This document shows positions 18,619-31,047 of a stretch of 48,520 bases of DNA, one piece after another. Source of the DNA: an uncultured Actinomycetes bacterium (GTDB lineage: Bacteria > Actinomycetota > Thermoleophilia > UBA2241); contig CAVWIH010000009.1 in NCBI GenBank assembly GCA_963755025.1, forward strand, positions 1-48,520. The letters are read 5' to 3'. The translations under genes and the position numbers were made by a program. The notes beneath the pieces are model-generated. The model did not search any database and was not told the origin of the DNA. It was given only the letters and a program-made list of their open reading frames with translations. Each line of letters starts with the position of its first letter. Positions within the stretch are counted from its first letter, which is position 1.

Positions 18619-18861
18619 CTAGTTCAGACGCCCCATGACGAAATCGACGGCGTTGCCGACGGTCTTGATGCCGGCAGCCTCTTCGTCTGAGATCTTGATG
18701 CCGAACTTGTCTTCCATGGTCATGACAAGCTCCACGAGGTCGAGCGAATCGGTCTCGAGATCCTCCTGGAAGCGCGCCTCAGGCTTGACCTTGTCTTCGT
18801 CGACGCTGAGCGTCTCGACGAGGATCGATTTGACCTGCTCGAAGACTTCTTCCCTCGTCAT
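18619..18861 (-). CDS. acpP: Acyl carrier protein
   Basis: DSLDLVELVM motif; GGAGG RBS. Confidence 0.96.
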   Translation of the reverse strand: MTREEVFEQVKSILVETLSVDEDKVKPEARFQEDLETDSLDLVELVMTMEDKFGIKISDEEAAGIKTVGNAVDFVMGRLN

Positions 18862-18892
18862 GCATTGACCTCCGGGTGCTGAATTTCAGGCT

Positions 18893-18920
18893 ACTCTACC
18901 AGAACGCCAAGGCGGTGCAA
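18893..18920 (-). promoter_or_regulatory. Housekeeping-type promoter for acpP-rnc
   Basis: TTGCAC-N16-TAGAGT with TG extension. Confidence 0.5.
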
Positions 18921-18973
18921 CACACCGCCCTGCGAGACTGTCGGTCGGCCGCGCGTGCTCGGCGGCGGTCGCG

Positions 18974-20026
18974 TTACCCGGCGTCCCCCAGGCGCCGGGC
19001 GATGGTCGGCAGAAGCTCGCTCGTGACTCCCCGCGACGCCGTGCGGATGCCGTTGGCGACGCCCGCGGCATGCGAGCTGCCGTGACCGACGATCATGGGG
19101 TGCCGCAGGCCGAGCAGGTAGGCCCCGCCGTACTGTTCGGGGTCGAGCGCCTGAGCGATGTGCCGCAGGTCGCGCGACATAATGGCGGCGCCGATCTTGG
19201 CGCGCAGCGAGCCCAGGACGGCGCTGCGGATCTCGCCCACGATGGTGCGCGCCGTACCCTCGAAGACCTTGAGGGCGACGTTGCCGGTGAAGCCGTCGGT
19301 GACGACGACGTCGACGGTGTGGCGCGAGAGGTCGCGACCTTCGACGTTGCCGAAGAAGTTGATCTGCGGGTCGGCCGCCATGAGCTTGTGCGCCTCGATC
19401 ACCACCTGGGTGCCCTTGGTCGGCTCTTCACCTATCGACAGCAGGCCGACGGTGGGGCGCTCGAGGCCCAGCATCTCCTGGGCGAAGATCGAGCCCAGCA
19501 CGCCGAACTGGCGCAGCGCTTCGGGACGCACCTCGGCGTTGGCCCCGGCGTCTAAAAAGACGACCGGCAGGGGGATAGCGGGCAGCAGCGTGCACAGCGC
19601 CGGGCGCAGGACGCCCTTGATGCGGTGCACGAGCAGCAGGCCGGCGGCCAGCGCCGCGCCGGTGTTGCCCATCGACACGAAGGCGTCGGCCTTGCCGTCG
19701 GCGACCAGGCGGGCCGCCACGACGAGCGACGAGTCGGGGCGGTTGCGCACGGCTTCGACGGGCTCGTCGCCCGAACCGATCTTGTCGGTGGCCGGCACGA
19801 TCTCGATGTGCGGGTGGCCGCCTGCCGGCAGGAGCGCCCGCAGGCGCTCCTCGGGGCCGACCAGCACGACGCGCAGCAACTCGCTCGCCACCTGCAGGGC
19901 GCCTTCGACCACGACCTCGGGAGCGTTGTCGCCGCCCAGCGCGTCGACCGCCACGCGCACGACGACGCCGGTCTTTTGCGCGGTCACGGCGGCCTGGATG
20001 TCGTGCGGGGTGAGGACTTTGGGCAA
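18974..20026 (-). CDS. plsX: Phosphate acyltransferase PlsX
   Basis: VDALGGDNAP, SMGNTGA, LDAGAN, IGEEPTKG, DGFTGNVALK. Confidence 0.95.
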   Translation of the reverse strand: MPKVLTPHDIQAAVTAQKTGVVVRVAVDALGGDNAPEVVVEGALQVASELLRVVLVGPEERLRALLPAGGHPHIEIVPATDKIGSGDEPVEAVRNRPDSSLVVAARLVADGKADAFVSMGNTGAALAAGLLLVHRIKGVLRPALCTLLPAIPLPVVFLDAGANAEVRPEALRQFGVLGSIFAQEMLGLERPTVGLLSIGEEPTKGTQVVIEAHKLMAADPQINFFGNVEGRDLSRHTVDVVVTDGFTGNVALKVFEGTARTIVGEIRSAVLGSLRAKIGAAIMSRDLRHIAQALDPEQYGGAYLLGLRHPMIVGHGSSHAAGVANGIRTASRGVTSELLPTIARRLGDAG

Positions 20027-20033
20027 GGGCGGG

Positions 20034-21096
20034 CTACCGGCTGAGGTCGCCGACCAGGCGATCGAGGTCGACGTTGGTGGCGATCTCGTCGGCGATGAGC
20101 TCGATCTTGCGCTTGTCGTGCACGCCGAGACGGCCGAACAGGCGGCGGATGCCGTCGGTCGCCGAGACGGTGTCGGTCGCGACCGAGACGATCGGCACGC
20201 CGAGCTCTTCGGCGCGTGCCAGCACCGCGGGACTGGGCACGTAGCTGCCCGTCAGCACGATCGCCACGGTGGGGGTCTCGAGCGCCGCGAGGATGATCTC
20301 GGAGCGGTCGCCGCCGACCACGACCACCTTGTGGGCCGCGTTCTGGAAGTAGCGCAGGGCGTGCTCGGGGCTCATCGCGCCGATCAGGTAGGTCTCGGCC
20401 GACGCGTCGCCGTGCTCCTCGCCGCAGATGTAGGTCGCGCCCAGCGCGGCGACGATCTCGGCCACGGTCACCGCGGCGAGCCGCTGGCTGGCCGGCAGCA
20501 CGCCGTAGGTGGTGATGTCCTGTTCGGCGAGGAAGCCGGCGTACTCGCCGCGCACGAGGGCGAGGCGCGATTCGGGCACCATGTTGAAGACGGCGCCGAG
20601 CAGGCGCTGCTTGAGGCCGTCTTTGACGTAGCAGATGTCGTCGAGCAGGCGGGCGCCGGCGAACGCGCGCCACGAGGATCGCACCGAGGTCGAGGCGGGC
20701 GACGACGTCGGCGCCGCTGGCCTTGAGGAAGCGGCCCTGCCAGATCTCGCCGAGACCCTCGCAGACGACGAGGTCGTGGCCGTCGCGGACGCGCTCGAAG
20801 GCGCTCGCCACGCGCGCCAGGGTGTCGACGTCGGAGCCGGCCAGCACCTCGTGCAGGGCGCCTTCGTCGAAGACGACCGGGCAGAGGTCGGAGAGCGGCG
20901 CGTCGAGGCCGAGCACGTCGGCCACGAAGCGCGCGTCGTCGTCGACGAGCTCGCCGGTGGCGCCCTGCGGCATGATGCCGACGGGCTTGAAGTACGCGAC
21001 GTCGAGGCCGCGGGCGCGCAGCGCCATGCAGAGGCCCACCGAGACGGTGGTCTTGCCGCCGCTGCCCTCGGTCGACGCGATGTAGAGGGATTTCAT
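20034..21096 (-). CDS. Phosphotransacetylase-family regulatory protein (BioD-like P-loop plus DRTGG domain), frameshift at about 20665
   Basis: LYIAST...[21 protein letters not shown]; second frame IGAMS...[15 protein letters not shown]; no Pta catalytic domain. Confidence 0.85.
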
Positions 21097-21154
21097 GCCG
21101 ACGATCCCCGACTAGAGGTCTGCGCTACGCAAGGAACGAGCCGCCGTGACGTCG

Positions 21155-21350
21155 CTACTTCTTCTTCTTCTCTACGTCGAGGGGGATGACCTCGCGGCCC
21201 TTGTACGTGCCGCACTTGGGGCAGGCGCGATGCGGGCAGCTTGGGACTCTTGCACTGTGGACAGAAGCTCGCCGTCTCGACGCTGAGCTTCTGCTGAGCC
21301 CGGCGCGAGTCGCGCTTGCTCTTTGAGGTCTTTCTCTTGGGAACTGGCAT
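21155..21350 (-). CDS. rpmF: 50S ribosomal protein L32, zinc-binding form (extra base at about 21235)
   Basis: [25 protein letters not shown] then shifted [13 protein letters not shown]. Confidence 0.93.
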
Positions 21351-21440
21351 CGGTGTCTCGTTTCTCGATTCGCGGACGTTCTACTTTACCGTTGCCGCGC
21401 CCATCTGTCCAAACGTGCCGGCGGCGCCCGCGCTCACGCC

Positions 21441-21913
21441 TCAGTGGCGGTGCTCGTCGCCGGCCTCGTTCAAGTCGGCGCCGCACACCACGCACAGCCC
21501 GCGGCAGTCCGTCGCGGCAGAGGATCTGCACCGGCAGGGCCTCGGCGATGGCGTCGCGCACCCAGCGCTCGAGGTCGAGCACGTAGCCTTGCGACGTAGG
21601 GTTCGTCGTCGCCGACCACCGACTCGCCGTCGGCGACGTAGTCGACGCAGGCCACCGGCACGTCGAGCGCGGCGTCGCGCCAGGCAGCGCTGACAGGGAC
21701 CGCGTCAGGGCGGCCACGCCGGCGCCGTGCAGCGTCACGCGCCGTCCGACGCGCGACGCGCGTGAGCTCGAGGTCGACCCCGCCGCCGGCGACCTCGTAG
21801 TCGATGCCGCCCAGCGAGAACGGGGCGACGTCACAGAAGAGCCGGCGCTCGGCCTCGTTGCGCTCTCCGAACGAGAGCGACCGCAGGTTGAAACGGCGCA
21901 TGTCGACCGGCAC
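21441..21913 (-). CDS. DUF177/YceD family protein (several frameshifts)
   Basis: Fragments LDLERWVRDAIAEALPVQILCR and CGADLNE; located directly upstream of rpmF. Confidence 0.8.
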
Positions 21914-21948
21914 CTGCCGGCCGGCCGCACGGCCGGCCGTCGTGGCTC

Positions 21949-22418
21949 TTAGTCCTGCGACTCGGGGCCGATGGACGGCGTCTGCAGACGCTCGCGCCCG
22001 CGACGCACGGCCGCCAGGAACTTGTCGAGGTTCACCTCGAGGTTGCCCAGCACCTCGTCGGCGTAGTCCTCGGCGCCCAGGCGGATCTCGCGCTCGCGCT
22101 CGCGGGCGTCCTCGACGATCTCGTGGGCCTGCGCGCTCGGCGACGCGCACGACCTCCTCCTGGGCGGCCAGCTGCTCGGCCTTCTCGCGCGCCTCGGCCG
22201 ACGATGCGCTCGGACTCCTGCTTGGCCTCGGCCAGCATCTCCTGGCGCTCCTTGACGATCCAGCGCGCCTGCTTGACCTCTTCGGGGATCGTGGAGCGCA
22301 TCTGGTCGAGCAGGTCGTAGATCTCCTCACGGTCGATCATGACGCTGTCGGTCAGCGGAACCGAGCGCGCGTTGTGAATGAGGTCGTCCAACTTGTCGAT
22401 CAGAACCAGCACATCCAT
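21949..22418 (-). CDS. Coiled-coil DivIVA/SepIVA-like protein (frameshifted)
   Basis: LDDLIHNARSVPL...LPEE-like IPEEVKQARW; later frame GAEDYADEVL..LE; conserved coaD-[gene]-DUF177-rpmF position. Confidence 0.78.
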
Positions 22419-22444
22419 GCGGGACCTACCTCTCCTTGAGGCGC

Positions 22445-22942
22445 TTACGCCTTTCGCGGGAACAGCTCGCCGATACGCCGGGCCACCGCCGGTGGCACCA
22501 GATCGTCGACCGACCCGCCGAACGTGGCGATCTCTTTTACGCCGCTCGAGCTCAGGAAGCTGTGCTCGGGCGAAGCCATCATGAAGACAGTTTCGATGTC
22601 GGGGGCCAGCTTCCTATTGAGCTGGGCCATGGCGAACTCGTACTCGAAGTCGGAGATGGCGCGCAGGCCCTTGAGGATGACCTTGGCGTCCCAGCGCAGC
22701 GCGAACTCGACGACGAGCTCGTTGAAGTGGTCGACGTGCACGTTGGGGTAGTCGGCCAGCGCGTCGCGCAGGAACACCAGGCGCTCGTCTGAGGTGAACA
22801 GCGTCTGCTTGCGCGTGGGGTCGTCGATCAGCCCGACGATGACGCGCCCGAACGCCCGGGCGCCTCGCGTGATGATGTCGAGATGGCCGACGGTGACGGG
22901 GTCGAAGGTCCCAGGACAGATGGCGGTGACGTTGCTCGGCAC
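22445..22942 (-). CDS. coaD: Phosphopantetheine adenylyltransferase
   Basis: CPGTFDPVTVGHLD, GLRAISDFEYE, SSSGVKE. Confidence 0.96.
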   Translation of the reverse strand: MPSNVTAICPGTFDPVTVGHLDIITRGARAFGRVIVGLIDDPTRKQTLFTSDERLVFLRDALADYPNVHVDHFNELVVEFALRWDAKVILKGLRAISDFEYEFAMAQLNRKLAPDIETVFMMASPEHSFLSSSGVKEIATFGGSVDDLVPPAVARRIGELFPRKA

Positions 22943-22944
22943 GC

Positions 22945-23539
22945 TCAGAACCTCGCTTGCAGGAAAGTGACCCGTGTGTCGCCGTACAGCTTGACTACCC
23001 GCTCGAGCAGCGGCAGATCGACCGCCTGGTCGCGGGCCGTCTCGACGACGACGACCGCCCCTCTGGCGAGCACGTCCGGCAGCCGGCCGGCCAGCTCGAG
23101 CTCGACGGCCGGATACAGTGCGTACGGCGCGTCGATAAGGACGAGAGTATACAGTCTCGCGCGGGCAGCGTCAGCCTTGAGGGCGCGCCGGTAGTCGGTG
23201 GCGCTCACGCGGGCGGCGGTCGCGCCGATCTCGAACGACGCCAGATTGGCGCGCAGCACCCGCAGCAGCGGCCGGAGCGCGTTCGACGAACGCACACGAC
23301 GCCGCACCGCGCGACAGCGCCTCGAGGCCCAGCGCGCCGCTGCCGGCGAACAGGTCGAGCACGTCGGCGCCGTCGGGGGCGGCGCAGCCCGGCGAGTCGG
23401 GGTCGGACCGCGCGGCCAGGGCCATGGCGCCGAGCACGTCGAAGATCGCCTCGCGCACCCGGTCCGAGGTGGGACGCGTGGCGCGGCCGGCCGGCGCGGC
23501 AAAGCGCCGGCCGCGCCACGCGCCGCCCACGATGCGCAT
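22945..23539 (-). CDS. rsmD: 16S rRNA m2G966 methyltransferase (frameshift at about 23275)
   Basis: [41 protein letters not shown]; second frame IDAPY, YGDT. Confidence 0.92.
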
Positions 23540-23617
23540 CAGGGCGCTCCACCCGGTGCGCCCGGCGTGCTGGTCGGGCGGCTCTGCGCAGGCCTGCTCG
23601 CCACGCCCGTCCCGCCC

Positions 23618-24914
23618 CTAGTCGCGGCCCAGGACGACCGGCCGGGCGGCCGGGGCCTGGCCGGCGATGGCGAAGGCGTCGTCCAGCAGCGCCGCGGCGG
23701 CGGCCCGCGATTCGCGGCGCCGCGAGTACACGCGGGCCAGCGTGTCGCCGGCGGTCACCTGCTCGCCGGGCCGGACGGCGAGCACCACGCCCGCCGCCGG
23801 GTCGACCTCGTCGTCGACGCGGCCGCGCCCGGCGCCCGCCAGCTGGGCGGCGCGGCCCACGGCGCGCGCGTCGACCGCGCTCACCCAGCCGTCGCGATCG
23901 GCGACGACCTCGGTCGCACGCCAGGCGGTGGAACTCGCCCGGCTGGAACCGCCCGCCCTGCACGCCCACCCAGCGCTCGAACCACTCGGCCGCCTGCCCC
24001 GAGTCGAGGGCGCGTTCGGCGCGCGCCCTGCCCGCGGCCTCGTCGAGCCTTAAGTCGGAGAGCGCGAGCAGCGCGGCGGCCAGCTCGAGCACGACCTCGC
24101 GCACGTCGGCGGGACCGTCGCCGCGCAGCAGCTCCCAGGCCTCTTCGACTTCGAGCCGATTGCCCACGGCGCGCCCCAGGGGCGCGTCCATGGCGGTGTA
24201 CAGGCAGGTGACCTTGCGCCCGTACGTCTCGCCGATCAGCCGGCAGAGCGCACCGAGCGAGCGCGCCTGAGCCACCGTCTTCATGAAGGCGCCCGATCCG
24301 ACGGTGAGGTCGAGGACCAGCGCCGAGGTGCCGCTCGCCACCTTCTTGGCCATGATGCTGGCCGCGATCAGGCCCTCGTTCTCGACCGTGCCGGTGACGT
24401 CGCGCAAGGCGTAGAGGATACGGTCGGCCGGCACGAGCCGCTCGCTCTGGCTGACGACGGCCACGCCGATGCGCTCCAGCTGGCGCAGAAAATCGCCCTG
24501 CGAGAGCTGCACGCGAAACCCGGGGATCGACTCGAGCTTGTCGAGCGTGCCGCCGGTGTGTCCGAGGCCGCGCCCCGACATCTTGCCGAAGAGCGCCCCG
24601 CACGAGGCCACGAGCGGGGCCAGCACGAGCGTGACCTTGTCGCCGACGCCGCCGCTCGAGTGCTTGTCGAGCACGGGGCGGCCGAGCACGGAAAGGTCGA
24701 GCACCTTGCCGCTGTCGACCATGGCCCGCGCCAGGCTGACCGTCTCGGCCGCCGAGAGCCCGCGTACCACGATGGCCATGAGAAGCGCGCTCGCCTGGTA
24801 GGCCGGGATCGAACCGTCGACCACGCCGGCCACGAAGGCGCGCAGGCGCGCTTCGTCTAACTCCTCGCCGTCGCGCTTGCGGGCGATCACGTCGGCCACC
24901 ACGTCAAAGCTCAC
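23618..24914 (-). CDS. pdp: Pyrimidine-nucleoside/thymidine phosphorylase (frameshift at about 23915)
   Basis: DKHSSGGVGDK, KMSGRGLGHTGGTLDKLESIPG; C-terminal frame GAGR....VDPAAG. Confidence 0.93.
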
Positions 24915-25702
24915 GCCGCGCTCCCCTGGTCCGTGCGGCAGCCGGAGTGGCCGCCCTCGAGCTCGGCCAGGAAGGCGGCGGCGAGGGGTCCCAGCGCCGC
25001 GGCGAGCGAGTCGCCGAGCCGGGCGCCGACCGCCAGCACCTCGGCGTGGTCGAGCGAGGCGCCCGACAGGTTGGCGACTAGCGAGACGACGCAGACGGGC
25101 ACGCCGCGGCCGTCCGCGGCGCGCACCTCGGGCGCCGTCGACATGCCGACCACCTCGCCGTGGCCGCGCAGCCAGGCGGCCTCGGCGGGCGTCTCATAGT
25201 GGGGACCCGCGACCGCGACGTAGCGCCCGACGGCCGCGGCGAGCGGCGCCAGGGCGGCCGCCAGGCGCAGCCCGGCGTCGCGGTCGACCACCGGCAGGAC
25301 GGGGGCGTCGTCGAAGGGCTCGTGCTGCAGGTCGACGACCTCGCTGACGACCACGACGGCGCCGAGCGGCAGAGAGGGATCGAGGGCGCCCACCGCGTTG
25401 GTGACGATGAGCGCGCGCACGCCCGCGCTCGCCAGGTCGTCGACGGGCCGCGTGAGCTCTGCCGGGCTCCAGCCCTCGTAAGGGTGAGGCCGGCCGCAGG
25501 CGAGCAGCACGCGCAGCTCGGCGCGCCCGCCGGGCGACCAGCGGGCGACCAGGAGACGGTTGGGGTGGCCGGCGACGGACGTCGCCGGCCACCCCAACCG
25601 CGCGTAGTCGATCTCGTCGACGACCTCGGCGCCGTCCGGGACCACTGCCAGGCCGGAGCCGAAGACGACGGCCAGATCGCCCTGCGGCAGGACCGCGTTC
25701 AC
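24911..25702 (-). CDS. punA: Purine-nucleoside phosphorylase
   Basis: FGSGL, GRPHPYEG, TNAVG, GPHYETPAE, VGMSTAPE. Confidence 0.88.
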   Translation of the reverse strand: MNAVLPQGDLAVVFGSGLAVVPDGAEVVDEIDYARLGWPATSVAGHPNRLLVARWSPGGRAELRVLLACGRPHPYEGWSPAELTRPVDDLASAGVRALIVTNAVGALDPSLPLGAVVVVSEVVDLQHEPFDDAPVLPVVDRDAGLRLAAALAPLAAAVGRYVAVAGPHYETPAEAAWLRGHGEVVGMSTAPEVRAADGRGVPVCVVSLVANLSGASLDHAEVLAVGARLGDSLAAALGPLAAAFLAELEGGHSGCRTDQGSAA

Positions 25703-26832
25703 GGTATCGCTGAGCCGGGCAGCGCGGGCTCGCGGCCGGTCAGGCGCTTCCAGGCGGTGGCGCCGACGTCTTCGAAGAGCCCGTCGTAGCGGCCGCCGCT
25801 CAAGCCGTACGCCAGCAGCGGCGAGTACTCGCGCGAGTGGTCGGTGCTCGGCGTCGTGGGGTCGACCCCATGGTCGGCGCAGAAGATGGCGACGTCGCCC
25901 GGCCCGAGGGCGCCGATCAGGCCGGGCACGGCCTCGTCGACCTCGCGCAGCCCGGCGGCGAAGCCGGCGACGTCGTTGCGGTGGCCCCACGTCTGGTCGA
26001 AGTCGACCAGGTTGGCGAAGAGCAGGCCGTGTGACAGTGCCTGCAGGTGGCGCCGGCAGGCGGCGAGCCCCGCGGTGTTGTTGGTCGTGTGGTCGTCGAC
26101 GTCGACCCCGCGTCCGGCGAAGATCTCGGCGATCTTGCCGACGCCGATCACCGGCACGCCGTCGGCGTGCAGCAGGTCGAGGTAGGTCGTGCTGGTGGGT
26201 GCGAGCGAGAAGTCGCGCCGTCGCGGCGTGCGCTGGTAGCCCCCGGACGGCCCGGCGAAGGGGCGCGCGATGACGCGCCCCACGGCGTGGCGGCCGCTCA
26301 GGATGCCGCGCGCCGCGGCGCACCACTCATAGAGACGCGCGATGGGCACGACGTCTTCGTGGCAGGCGATCTGAAAGACAGAGTCGGCCGAGGTGTAGAC
26401 GATCGGCTTGCCGCTGCGCACGTGCTCGTCGCCGAGCTCGTCGATGATCGCCGTCCCCGACGCGGTGCGGTTGCCCAGCACGCCGTGGCCGATGGCCCGC
26501 GTGAAGGGCTCGATCACCTCGGGCGGAAAGCCGTTGGGGTAGGTCGGAAAGCCGTGGTCGAGGGGCAGCCCCATCATCTCCCAGTGGCCGGTGGTGGTGT
26601 CTTTGCCCACGCCGCGCTCGAGCAGGCGGCCGTAGGTGGCGCCGCGGCGTGGCGCACCCAGCGGCAGGCCGACCACCTCGCCGAGGCCCAGGCGGGCGAG
26701 GTTGGGCAGCTCGACGTCGCTGCGCTCGAGCACGTGGCGCAGCGTGTCGGAGCCGCGGTCGCCGTAGTCGGCGGCGTCGGGCGCCTCGCCGGCGCCCACG
26801 CCGTCGAGCACGCAGACCAGGACGCGGGTCAT
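25699..26832 (-). CDS. deoB: Phosphopentomutase
   Basis: VLDGVG, GKDTTTGHWE, YTSADSVFQ, NLVDFD..WGHRND, ADHG.DP. Confidence 0.95.
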   Translation of the reverse strand: MTRVLVCVLDGVGAGEAPDAADYGDRGSDTLRHVLERSDVELPNLARLGLGEVVGLPLGAPRRGATYGRLLERGVGKDTTTGHWEMMGLPLDHGFPTYPNGFPPEVIEPFTRAIGHGVLGNRTASGTAIIDELGDEHVRSGKPIVYTSADSVFQIACHEDVVPIARLYEWCAAARGILSGRHAVGRVIARPFAGPSGGYQRTPRRRDFSLAPTSTTYLDLLHADGVPVIGVGKIAEIFAGRGVDVDDHTTNNTAGLAACRRHLQALSHGLLFANLVDFDQTWGHRNDVAGFAAGLREVDEAVPGLIGALGPGDVAIFCADHGVDPTTPSTDHSREYSPLLAYGLSGGRYDGLFEDVGATAWKRLTGREPALPGSAIP

Positions 26833-27926
26833 GGCCTCTCCCCCGCGTCGGATCGTGCGCTCGCGTCGGATCGTGCGATAGTGCCGGGCCGTGGGCCCGC
26901 GTCGGGTCGTGCGCCCGCCTCAGGTCGTGCGCTCGTGCCGGCACGAGGCTTGCGGCCGCGCGCCCGCGGGTGGGTGCTGTAGAAGACCTCGCGCAGGTGC
27001 TCGGCGGTCACGTGCGTGTAGACCTGGGTGGTGGCGATGTCGCTGTGGCCGAGCATCTCCTGCACGCTGCGCAGGTCGGCGCCGCCCTCGACCAGGTGCG
27101 TGGCGAAGCTGTGGCGGAAGGTGTGGGCGCTGGCCCGGCCCTCGAGGCCTACGCGTTTGAGGGTGCGGCGCAGCACGTAGTCGAGGCCCTGGCGCGTGAG
27201 CGGCGCGCCGCGCGCGTTCAGGAAGACCTCGTCGTGGCGGCGGCCTTGGGCGAGGCGGCGGCGGCCGTGGGCCGTGTAACGGCCCACGGCCGCCGCTGCA
27301 TACGAACCCAGCGGCACGATGCGTTCCTTGTCGCCCTTGCCGAGGCAGCGCAGCAGGCCGCCCTCGAGGTCGACGTCGCTCAGGCGCAGCGTGACGATCT
27401 CGGTGGCGCGCAGGCCGCAGCCGTAGAGCAGCTCGAACAGGGCGAGGTCGCGCTCGGCCAGCGGTCCTTCGAGCGGCACGCCGCCGAGCACGGTCTCGAC
27501 CTCGTCGACGCGCAGCACGTGCGGCAGCGCCTGGGCGTGCTTGGGCGTGGCGAGCTGCGCGGCGGGGTCGGTCGCCAGGTCCTTCTCGCGCACCAGATAC
27601 CGATAGAGGCCGCGCACGGCGGCCATGCGCCGCGCCACGCTGGTCGTGGCGCCGTCGCCGCCGCGCTCGCTGAAGTAGCGGTAGACGACCTCGGCGTCGG
27701 CCTCGAGCACGCCGCTGCCGGCCCCGCGCAGCCACGCCGCGAAGCGGGTGAGGTCGCGACGATAGGCGGCCACCGAGTTGGGGCTGAGCGTGCGCTCGAA
27801 CTCGAGGTAGGCGAGGTACTCGGCGACCAGCGGGTCGACGGGCGCCGGGACCGACGCCGTCGAGTCAGACGTCGCCGGGGCGGGTGTCGCTCGCGCAGCG
27901 GGCGCGTTCGGCCGCGGAGCGCCCAC
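26829..27926 (-). CDS. xerD: Tyrosine recombinase XerD
   Basis: LYGCGLRATE, GKGDKERIVP, HTFRHSFATHL, VQEMLGHS, TTQVYTHV; chromosomal xerD-deoB context. Confidence 0.92.
   Translation of the reverse strand: MGAPRPNAPAARATPAPATSDSTASVPAPVDPLVAEYLAYLEFERTLSPNSVAAYRRDLTRFAAWLRGAGSGVLEADAEVVYRYFSERGGDGATTSVARRMAAVRGLYRYLVREKDLATDPAAQLATPKHAQALPHVLRVDEVETVLGGVPLEGPLAERDLALFELLYGCGLRATEIVTLRLSDVDLEGGLLRCLGKGDKERIVPLGSYAAAAVGRYTAHGRRRLAQGRRHDEVFLNARGAPLTRQGLDYVLRRTLKRVGLEGRASAHTFRHSFATHLVEGGADLRSVQEMLGHSDIATTQVYTHVTAEHLREVFYSTHPRARGRKPRAGTSARPEAGARPDAGPRPGTIARSDASARSDAGERP
26844..26933. repeat. Degenerate 18-bp tandem repeat (5 copies) in the xerD 3' end
   Basis: Units such as CGCGTCGGATCGTGCGCT at 26844, 26862, 26880, 26898, 26916. 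Confidence 0.8.
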
Positions 27927-29032
27927 CTACGTGGTGGCCGCGGCCGCCCGCAGCAGCGCGTGCAGCAGGCGATAGGCGTCGTCGAGCCGCTCGACCGGCA
28001 GGTATTCGTCGGAGGTGTGCACGCTCTCCATGCCCACGCTCAGGTTGACGCTCGGCGGGCCGCCGGCGTTGTAGACGTTGACGTCTGAGCCGCCGCCGCT
28101 CGCCGTGAGGCGCGGCTCGATGCCGATGTCGCGCAGCGCGGCGCAGGCGATGCGCACCGGGAGGGCGTCGTCGTCGAGGGCGAAGGCGGCGAAGGCGTCG
28201 CGCACGGTCAACTCGACGTCGATGCCGGCCAGGCCGGCCGCCAGCTCGACGGCATCGACCAGCTGCGCGGTCTGCGCCACGAGAGCGGCGCGATCGTGGC
28301 TGCGCACCTCGGCCTCGATGCGGCAGTGTTCGGGCACGACGTTCACGGCGCTGCCGCCGCTGATCAGGCCGACGTTGGCCGTGGTCTCCGCGTCGATACG
28401 GCCGAGCTTCATGGCGGCCACCGCGGCGGCCGCCGCGGCGATGGCGCTGCGCCCGCGCTCGGGGGCGATGCCGGCGTGAGCGGCGACGCCGTGAAAGTCG
28501 GCGGTCAGCATCTTCTGCGACGGCGCGCGGGTGATGACGGCGCCCACCGGGCCGGTGCTGTCGAAGACAAAGCCGGCGCGCGCCGTGAGCGCCTTCAGGT
28601 CGAGCGCCTTGGCGCCGCGCAGCCCCACCTCTTCGCAGGTCGAGAAGATGGCTTCGAGGCCGCAGGCCGGCGGCGTGGCGGCGAGGTCGGCGAGCACCGC
28701 GAGGAGCACCGCGCAGGCGGCCTTGTCGTCGCCACCCAGGATGGTGTCGCCGGCGCTGCGCACCACGCCGTCGGCGACCACGGCCTTGATGGGGCCGCTC
28801 ACCGTGACGGTGTCCATGTGGGCGGCCACCACGATCGGGGTGCCCTGCCCGGCGCCGGGCAGGCGCACGATGATGTTGCCGCTGCCCGCTCCGGTGAGCG
28901 CCGCGCTGTCGTCTTCGGCGGGTTCGAGGCCGGCGTCGCGCAGGTAGCCGAGGATGAAGTCGGCGACGGCCCGTTCGTGGCCCGACGGCGAGGGGATCTC
29001 GACGAGCCGCACGAACAGGTCGAGCAGCCGGT

Positions 29033-29048
<16 letters not shown>
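27927..29048 (-). CDS. M20-family metallopeptidase (peptidase T-like)
   Basis: [33 protein letters not shown]; GGAGG RBS. Confidence 0.9.

Positions 29049-31047
<1,999 letters not shown>

Noticed and set aside
26829-27926. XerD as the integrase of a second mobile element
   Set aside because: Canonical XerD motifs in the conserved xerD-deoB-punA context, host-like composition, no cargo.
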